Below, piece by piece: positions 58,083-64,000 of a DNA stretch of 64,000 nt (positions are counted from its first letter, which is position 1; every line of letters begins with the position of its first letter). A model generated the notes under the pieces. The model saw nothing but the letters and a program-made list of their open reading frames with translations. It searched no databases and was not told the origin of the DNA. Origin of the DNA: Bdellovibrionales bacterium (GTDB lineage: Bacteria; Bdellovibrionota; Bdellovibrionia; Bdellovibrionales; UBA1609). Location: positions 6,583-70,582 of the forward strand of contig SKLV01000017.1 of assembly GCA_007121385.1 (NCBI GenBank), read 5' to 3'. Position numbers and translations under genes: made by a program.

Positions 58083-58781
58083 ATGGTCGGGATGAACTTT
58101 GACCAGAGGCCTTTGGCAAAATTGACATTCACCCTTTTATCTCGTCGACCCACTGCAGAGAGCTTGACAGTAGCCCTGGCTATCCTGCTGTTGTGTTTTT
58201 TGTCTTCCTGGCTTTACTGGGAGAAGAGTCCTCTGGCCCCTTACTTGGCCGCCACGGGCCAGGCCGTTTTTGAGAGGGGAGAGTATTGGCGGCTGATCAC
58301 AACTCAATGGGTGCATGGAGATGTGCAGCATCTTTTAAGTAATTCCTTTTTATTGGGAATTCTGGGGACACTGGTCCACGCTTATTACGGATTTAAGATC
58401 TTTCCCTGGCTCACTCTATTGGGCTCAGCTGTGATGATGGGGGTGAGTTTGCACCACTACGAGCCCCATGTCACTTTGGTGGGGGCTTCAGGCTGGGTTT
58501 ATTTTTTGGCAGGCTTTTGGCTGGTGTTATTTTTTCTTATTGAGAGGCAGCGCAGTCTTCGTTCTCGTTGGATTCGCGTGTTGGGGGTGGGGGCTATGAT
58601 TCTTCTGCCCTCCACCTTTCAGGAGCAAGTCAGTTATGTGTCTCACTTTTGGGGCGCTGTGGGAGGATTGGTCTTGGGTTTGTTTTATTTTCAGTTCAAT
58701 AAATTTGAAATTCGCCGAGCGGAAGTCTGGGAGATGCCCTCTCAGGTGGAGGAGTTTCCGCCAGAGGAAGATCAGACCTAA
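58083..58781 (+). CDS. Rhomboid-family intramembrane serine protease
   Basis: 6 TM. EYWRLIT, the GxSG motif (GASGWVYFLAG) and a downstream catalytic-His region (SHFWGAVGG). Start uncertain (ATG 58062, 58083 or 58092). Confidence 0.7.
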   Translation: MVGMNFDQRPLAKLTFTLLSRRPTAESLTVALAILLLCFLSSWLYWEKSPLAPYLAATGQAVFERGEYWRLITTQWVHGDVQHLLSNSFLLGILGTLVHAYYGFKIFPWLTLLGSAVMMGVSLHHYEPHVTLVGASGWVYFLAGFWLVLFFLIERQRSLRSRWIRVLGVGAMILLPSTFQEQVSYVSHFWGAVGGLVLGLFYFQFNKFEIRRAEVWEMPSQVEEFPPEEDQT

Positions 58782-58847
58782 GTCAAGATTTTAGGCTTTT
58801 GTCAGGAAAGGCTAAAGTCCACGGACCTTGAGCCCGAAGCCTGGACT

Positions 58848-59390
58848 ATGAGCTGGAAGAATAGGCAGATCTTCAACTCCTTCCCCAAGAAGGCCTCACT
58901 GGTCTGGGCTTTAAGCCTCAGTTGGGGCCTTTCCGCTTGGGCTGAGAACTCAGCAGGGGGTCCACTTTTTTCCCCCTCATCTTGTTTGCCTGAGTTCATG
59001 GCTCTTTCGCTTGTATCCACAGTCGATCCAACCCAGCCAACCAAAAGCAGCCACCCCCTTCAGTCTGAAAATATTCAGGGGCGTTTTTCCACTCCAGTCG
59101 AGCTGCGAGTGCAAGTGGAGCCTGGGGATTTTAAAGAGGGGGATCAGCAGTTGCGTCTTCAGCTGGGCTTTAGAGAGGATTTCTCCGGAGTGAGCTTGCC
59201 CTACAACTTGTTTGCTCTCCTGATTATTCAAAACGACCAGCCCCTTTTGTGGCTCGACCTGACATCAGGTTGCCAGGACCCAGGAGTGAGTGTCTTTCCC
59301 GGTCAGGAGTGGATTCTGCCCTCTTTGACTTGGTGGGGTTCTGGCGGGGACTTTGATCGCTTGCAGATTATGGTCTGGGGCCGACTCTAG
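58848..59390 (+). CDS. Hypothetical secreted protein
   Basis: 180-aa ORF with a signal-like N-terminus (LVWALSLSWGLSAWA). No family recognised. Confidence 0.4.
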   Translation: MSWKNRQIFNSFPKKASLVWALSLSWGLSAWAENSAGGPLFSPSSCLPEFMALSLVSTVDPTQPTKSSHPLQSENIQGRFSTPVELRVQVEPGDFKEGDQQLRLQLGFREDFSGVSLPYNLFALLIIQNDQPLLWLDLTSGCQDPGVSVFPGQEWILPSLTWWGSGGDFDRLQIMVWGRL

Positions 59391-59463
59391 GATTGGCTGT
59401 GACTCTTTTGTCACAGTGATATAGCCGCTTGATAAAATACTTAAAATCACTTACCGCTTAGGC

Positions 59464-60129
59464 ATGGATTTACAAGCTGTTGAAAAAGCCTATAAGCGCT
59501 ACGCTCGAGTTTATGATTTCTTTTTTGGAGCTATTTTTCATCCCGGTCGAAAAATGGCCATAGAGCACCTGCACTGCAAGTCGGGAGACAGAGTCTTAGA
59601 GGTAGGTGTGGGCACAGGCCTGTCTCTGCCCCTGTATCCAGGTCATGTTAAAGTGGTGGGAATTGATTTGTCCGAGCCCATGCTCAAGTTGGCGCGGCAA
59701 AAAGTGCAGGAGGAGGATCTGCATCATGTGGAGTCTCTTGAAGTGATGAATGCCCAGGAGATGAGTTTTCCTGATAACTCCTTTGATCGTGTGGTGGCTA
59801 TGTATGTGGCTTCGGTGGTTCCCGATCGAAAGAAGCTGGTCTCTGAAGTGCAAAGGGTCTGCAAGCCAGGAGGCACTGTGATTTATCTCAATCACTTTGC
59901 CAGCGAAGGGGGGCTAATGGGTCGAGTAGAGTCTCTGCTGACGCGCTTTTCTGATTTGCTGGGCTTTAACCCCCATTTGTCTCTGGAAGACTTTTTACAG
60001 GAGACGGGTTTTCAGGCCGATGTGGTGATTCCAGCGAATGCCTTTGGCTATTGGTCCCTGGTGATAGGGGATAACATTAAGCCTGAGAGCGGCGCATCAG
60101 GCACAGATTCAATGGAAGAGACCCTATAA
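59464..60129 (+). CDS. Class I SAM-dependent methyltransferase (PmtA/UbiE-like)
   Basis: Motif I VLEVGVGTGLSL. From memory, the N-terminal YKRYARVYDFFFG resembles phospholipid N-methyltransferase-type enzymes. Confidence 0.7.
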   Translation: MDLQAVEKAYKRYARVYDFFFGAIFHPGRKMAIEHLHCKSGDRVLEVGVGTGLSLPLYPGHVKVVGIDLSEPMLKLARQKVQEEDLHHVESLEVMNAQEMSFPDNSFDRVVAMYVASVVPDRKKLVSEVQRVCKPGGTVIYLNHFASEGGLMGRVESLLTRFSDLLGFNPHLSLEDFLQETGFQADVVIPANAFGYWSLVIGDNIKPESGASGTDSMEETL

Positions 60130-60173
60130 TTTTTATATTGTCCCCATAGAGAAAATCGAGTACCCCCAATAAT

Positions 60174-60575
60174 ATGACTTTTGCTGAGAAGGACTCACGG
60201 TCTGAGACCTCAGGAACTGAAAGGGGGACTCAGGCCCTTTTGCCCTCTGGCTCTTGGTGGGCTCTGTTTTTAGCTGTGGCTGTTGGGCTGATATTGGTTT
60301 TCACCTACCCTCAGTTGGAGCCTCCCCTTTCACAGGAGCAGGCCTCTTTGATGAGCCCACCCTTTTCTGAGTCTAAAGATCTCTCTCAACTCAAAGCTTT
60401 GATTTTAGATTCTCGCCAGGGAAGAGCTGAGCGCCTTCAGGTCCTGCAGAAGCTGTCTCAAGAGATGTCTATGGAAGAAGTTCGCCACTGGCTAAGACTG
60501 GTGAGCCAAAACCAAGAGGAGCCTCAGTTGGCTGAAAAAGCCGAGCTCCTTTTAGAGGTATCCCTTGAGCTGTAA
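60174..60575 (+). CDS. Hypothetical single-TM protein
   Basis: 133-aa ORF with one TM (WWALFLAVAVGLILVF) and a helical C-terminus. No family recognised. Confidence 0.4.
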   Translation: MTFAEKDSRSETSGTERGTQALLPSGSWWALFLAVAVGLILVFTYPQLEPPLSQEQASLMSPPFSESKDLSQLKALILDSRQGRAERLQVLQKLSQEMSMEEVRHWLRLVSQNQEEPQLAEKAELLLEVSLEL

Positions 60576-60584
60576 ATTTTGACT

Positions 60585-61814
60585 TCAGTGAGCCAGCTTG
60601 GCCTTTAAGTTCTCATTGATTTTGTCTAAAAAGTCTTGAGTGAACATAAAGTCCTTTTCAGTGACTTTGGCGCCATGGATGCAAATGGCTAAATCCTTTG
60701 TCATAAAACCGCTCTCCACGGTTTCCACGCAGACATTTTCCAGAGCCTGAGCAAAGTGGATCAGCTCTTGGTTGTCATCTAACTTTCCGCGGAAAGCCAG
60801 CCCCCTTGTCCAGGCAAAAATAGAGGCAATGGGGTTGGTGGAGGTGGGCAAACCTTTTTGGTGTTGACGATAGTGGCGAGTCACCGTTCCGTGGGCGGCC
60901 TCAGCCTCCATGACTTGTCCATCGGGGGTGAGTAGGGTGGAGGTCATCAGCCCTAAAGAGCCAAAGCCCTGAGCTACCGTATCACTCTGCACATCTCCAT
61001 CGTAGTTTTTGCAGGCCCAGACAAATTCTCCATGCATTTTGAGAGCTGCGGCCACCATATCGTCAATCAGGCGGTGCTCGTAGGTGAGACCTTTGGCCTC
61101 AAATTCGGAGCGATACTCTTGGTCGTAAACTTTTTGAAAGATATCTTTAAAGCGACCGTCATAGACTTTGAGAATGGTGTTTTTAGTGGAAAGATAAAGG
61201 GGCCAGCCCTTCATTAGAGCATAGTTAAAACAGCTGCGGGCAAAGCCCTCAATGGACTTATCGGTGTTGTACATAGAGAGAGCCACTCCAGATCCGGAAA
61301 AGTCATAGACCTCCCAGCTCTGAGGACTTCCACCCCCTTCTGGAGTGAAGGTCATAGTCAGTTTGCCCTTGCCTTCAATCAGCACATCAGTGGCCCGGTA
61401 CTGGTCACCAAAGGCATGGCGACCGATCACGATGGGGTGGGTCCAATTGCTGACCAAGCGGGGTACATTCTTACAAATAATGGGCTCTCGAAAAACTGTG
61501 CCATCTAAAATATTGCGAATGGTCCCATTGGGGGAGCGCCACATTTTCTTGAGGTTGAACTCTTTAACCCGAGCCTCATCAGGGGTGATGGTGGCGCATT
61601 TCACGGCTACCTGATAGGTTTTGGTGGCCTCAGCGGCCTCCACAGTGACTCGGTCCTCGGTGGCATCCCGATTCTCCATGCTCAAGTCAAAGTACTTAAT
61701 GTCCAAATCTAAATAGGGCAAAATCAACTGGCTTTTGATAAAAGCCCAAATGATTCGCGTCATCTCATCCCCATCCATCTCCACAATGGGGTTTTTAACT
61801 TGGATTTTTTTCAT
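60585..61814 (-). CDS. icd: NADP-dependent isocitrate dehydrogenase, type II (eukaryote-like homodimeric)
   Basis: 409 aa. [25 protein letters not shown] and [10 protein letters not shown] blocks. Confidence 0.95.
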   Translation of the reverse strand: MKKIQVKNPIVEMDGDEMTRIIWAFIKSQLILPYLDLDIKYFDLSMENRDATEDRVTVEAAEATKTYQVAVKCATITPDEARVKEFNLKKMWRSPNGTIRNILDGTVFREPIICKNVPRLVSNWTHPIVIGRHAFGDQYRATDVLIEGKGKLTMTFTPEGGGSPQSWEVYDFSGSGVALSMYNTDKSIEGFARSCFNYALMKGWPLYLSTKNTILKVYDGRFKDIFQKVYDQEYRSEFEAKGLTYEHRLIDDMVAAALKMHGEFVWACKNYDGDVQSDTVAQGFGSLGLMTSTLLTPDGQVMEAEAAHGTVTRHYRQHQKGLPTSTNPIASIFAWTRGLAFRGKLDDNQELIHFAQALENVCVETVESGFMTKDLAICIHGAKVTEKDFMFTQDFLDKINENLKAKLAH

Positions 61815-61948
61815 GCCTGAGTCCTTTCAAAGTATTGAGTGAAAATAGGTTCTGCTGGGGGGATTGTCAAACTCCCTTCATGACTCATTCTGAGTCGATT
61901 TCCTCTAGATGATGGCTACTACGGCATCACTGGTATTCGCCTGGGCCC

Positions 61949-61979
61949 TTGACCTTCCCATGGGGGAAAGCCTTAGCCT
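61949..61979 (+). promoter_or_regulatory. MerR/CueR-type promoter with 19-bp spacer upstream of copA
   Basis: TTGACC (61949-54), 19 nt, TAGCCT (61974-79). The spacer has the imperfect dyad CCTTCCC/GGGAAAG. About 23 of 32 positions match E. coli PcopA CTTGACCTTCCCCTTGCTGGAAGGTTTAACCT as I remember it. Confidence 0.5.
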
Positions 61980-61986
61980 CCCCCCT

Positions 61987-64000
61987 ATGGAACAAAAAGT
62001 TGTGAATTTAAAAGTCGAAGGCATGAGCTGTGCCTCCTGTGTGGGGCGGGTGGAAAAGGCCCTGAGCCAAGTGGAGGGTGTGGCCGAGGCTTCGGTGAAT
62101 TTGGCCACTGAGAAAGCCCAGGTCAGGCTGGGCGATGAAAGTCATTCAATTCCTGAGGATTTAGTTAGGGCCTTAGAGAAAGCGGGCTACCCAGCTCGGG
62201 AACTGGAGTCTGTGGAAAAGCCTGATTCCGAGACTGGGCCGCCAGATGCAGAGAAAGTTTATGTATTCTTGGCCTTAGGTCTCTCAGCACCCATGGTTTT
62301 GCCCATGCTGGTATGGCCCTTAGGTTGGCATTGGATGCCCCCAGGTTGGCTGCAACTTCTCTTAACGGCCCCCATTCAGTTTTGGCTGGGAGCTCGCTTT
62401 TATCGCGGCGGCTGGTCGGCCTTAAAGGCCGGTGTGGGCAATATGGACTTGTTGGTGGCTTTGGGTACTTCGGCCGCCTTTTTCTTAAGCCTCTATAATC
62501 TGGTCTTGAGCTCCTGGGACCAGGTTTGGGGCTTGCCCGAACTTTTAAGTCAAAAGCTGGTGTTTTCTAGCGACCTCTACTTTGAGGCCGCCGCCGTCAT
62601 CATTGCTCTGGTTTTGTTGGGTAAGTGGCTGGAGAGCCGGGCCAAGCACCAGACCACAGCGGCTTTAAGGGCTCTGAAGTCCCTCCGTCCGGATCGAGCC
62701 CGAGTGAAGCAGAGCTCAGGAAAGGAAGTCTTTAAGCCCGTGGACCAGCTCAGCTTAGGTGATTTGGTCATCGTGAAGGCCGGAGAGAGAGTTCCTGTTG
62801 ATGGAAAAGTGGTCACTGGCCAGTGTGAAGTGGATGAGTCCCTGTTGACGGGTGAGAGTCTGCCGATCTTTAAGCAGTCCGGGGACATGGTGAGGTCAGG
62901 AGCTCTCAATGTGAATGGCTGGCTGGAGGTGGAGACATCCGCTCTGGGATCCGAGACTCTCTTGGCCAAGATGATTCGCTTTGTGGAAGAGGCTCAAGCC
63001 GCCAAAGCCCCCATTCAGCGCCTAGTGGACCGAGTCAGTGCCGTCTTTGTCCCTGCGGTGGTGGCCCTGGCCCTTGTGACTTTTGTCGGCTGGTGGTGGG
63101 TGGGCCAAGATTTTGCTCAAGCTCTTATCTATGCTGTTTCCGTTTTGGTGATCGCCTGTCCTTGTGCTTTGGGCTTGGCCACGCCGACGGCCATTATGGT
63201 GGGCACGGGGGCCGCAGCTCGGCGGGGCATTCTGATTAAGGACGCCCAGGCTTTGGAGGTGGCTCAGGCCGTGGGCCTAGTGGTCTTTGATAAAACCGGG
63301 ACTCTCACCAAGGGGCAGCCCCAACTCACTGAGTGGAAATCACTGGCTCAGGAGAGTGAACAAGGCATTTTGTCCTTGGCGGCAGCTCTGCAGCAGGGGA
63401 TGGAACACCCCTTGGCCCGAGCTGTTCTGGAGAAGACCGAGTCCCAGGGGCTTGCTGTGGACTCGGCAGAGAAGATCAAGGCCTTGCCGGGGCTGGGAAT
63501 TGAGGGCCGGGTGAAGGGGCGCCATCTGCGCCTGGGAAGCTGGCGAATGCTTGAGGATTTGGGCTGGTCTCAGCCCAGTGAAGGGGCAACTCAAAATCCG
63601 GGCGAGACCCTGTCTTGGCTGGTGGAGTTGGAGCCCCAGCCCCAAATGTTGGGCGTCTTTGCTTTTTCTGAGTCCCCCCGCCCAGAGGCTGAGGAGGCCC
63701 TTCAAGCTTTAAGGGCCTTAGGGGTGCAGACGGCTATGCTGACAGGAGATCGCAAGGCGGTGGCGCAAAAGGTGGCCACCCAGTTGGGGATTGACCAGGT
63801 TGGAGCTGAAGTCCTGCCCCAGGAAAAAGCCCAGTGGATTGCCGACTTCAAGGCCAAGGGCTTTGACAGGGCCGTGGCCATGGTGGGAGATGGTATTAAT
63901 GATGCCCCCGCCTTGGCGGCGGCCGATGTCGGTATCGCTATGGCTTCGGGGACAGATGTGGCCATGCACACGGCGGGAGTGACTTTAATGCGAGGAGATC
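61987..64000 (+). CDS. copA: Copper-translocating P1B-type ATPase (3' end outside window)
   Basis: The ORF runs off the window and is not in the ORF track. N-terminal HMA domain (VNLKVEGMSCASCVGRVEKAL), CPC (63157-63165), DKTGTLT (from 63289) and GDGINDAPAL. Confidence 0.95.
   Translation, partial: MEQKVVNLKVEGMSCASCVGRVEKALSQVEGVAEASVNLATEKAQVRLGDESHSIPEDLVRALEKAGYPARELESVEKPDSETGPPDAEKVYVFLALGLSAPMVLPMLVWPLGWHWMPPGWLQLLLTAPIQFWLGARFYRGGWSALKAGVGNMDLLVALGTSAAFFLSLYNLVLSSWDQVWGLPELLSQKLVFSSDLYFEAAAVIIALVLLGKWLESRAKHQTTAALRALKSLRPDRARVKQSSGKEVFKPVDQLSLGDLVIVKAGERVPVDGKVVTGQCEVDESLLTGESLPIFKQSGDMVRSGALNVNGWLEVETSALGSETLLAKMIRFVEEAQAAKAPIQRLVDRVSAVFVPAVVALALVTFVGWWWVGQDFAQALIYAVSVLVIACPCALGLATPTAIMVGTGAAARRGILIKDAQALEVAQAVGLVVFDKTGTLTKGQPQLTEWKSLAQESEQGILSLAAALQQGMEHPLARAVLEKTESQGLAVDSAEKIKALPGLGIEGRVKGRHLRLGSWRMLEDLGWSQPSEGATQNPGETLSWLVELEPQPQMLGVFAFSESPRPEAEEALQALRALGVQTAMLTGDRKAVAQKVATQLGIDQVGAEVLPQEKAQWIADFKAKGFDRAVAMVGDGINDAPALAAADVGIAMASGTDVAMHTAGVTLMRGD

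Noticed and set aside
61909-61986. In-frame upstream ATGs (61909, 61912, 61960) that would extend CopA by 9-26 aa.
   Set aside because: The extension (MMATTASLVFAWALDLPMGESLSLPP) resembles no CopA N-terminus, has no SD, and would place the CueR-type promoter inside the CDS. I kept it as an alternative to be tested.

Overview
This is a 64-kb, gene-dense chromosomal segment with about 65 CDS on both strands and roughly 50-55% GC by eye. It comes from an aerobic Gram-negative bacterium. Gene content (PrkA-YeaH-SpoVR, LpoB-like, LolB-like and BamE-like lipoproteins, a caa3 oxidase, MltA plus a PG deacetylase) suggests Bdellovibrionota/Oligoflexia, but I cannot verify that. The content is overwhelmingly housekeeping: xseA (5'-truncated)-xseB-ispA, tlyA, pepP, glpD, mreB, an orphan sensor kinase, prkA-yeaH-spoVR, glnB-glnA, trmL, secA, a complete cytochrome c/SCO1/ctaCDEF/ctaB/ctaA oxidase cluster, maiA plus an FAH hydrolase, mltA, purN, selO, a parA-like gene, uvrD/pcrA, a rhomboid, icd and a 3'-truncated copA. 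I saw no rRNA, tRNA, CRISPR, transposase, integrase or phage genes, and no obvious genomic island. Items worth a second look: (i) a 295-aa lipobox-bearing beta-rich protein (48199-49086) whose conserved-block pattern resembles bacterial gasdermins, but which has an export signal and no adjacent protease; (ii) an orphan ParA translationally coupled (ATGA) to an unrecognised 151-aa partner; (iii) glnB-glnA followed by a GcvH-like protein whose lipoyl-lysine is Gln; (iv) a MerR/CueR-type 19-bp-spacer promoter resembling E. coli PcopA, placed so that copA mRNA would be leaderless; (v) a eukaryote-type squalene-synthase-like gene coupled to uvrD and followed by an ERG3/ERG25-family hydroxylase; (vi) a patatin-like lipoprotein lacking the catalytic Ser. 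All calls come from reading the translated ORFs and DNA by eye. No search or alignment was run, and family comparisons are from memory.
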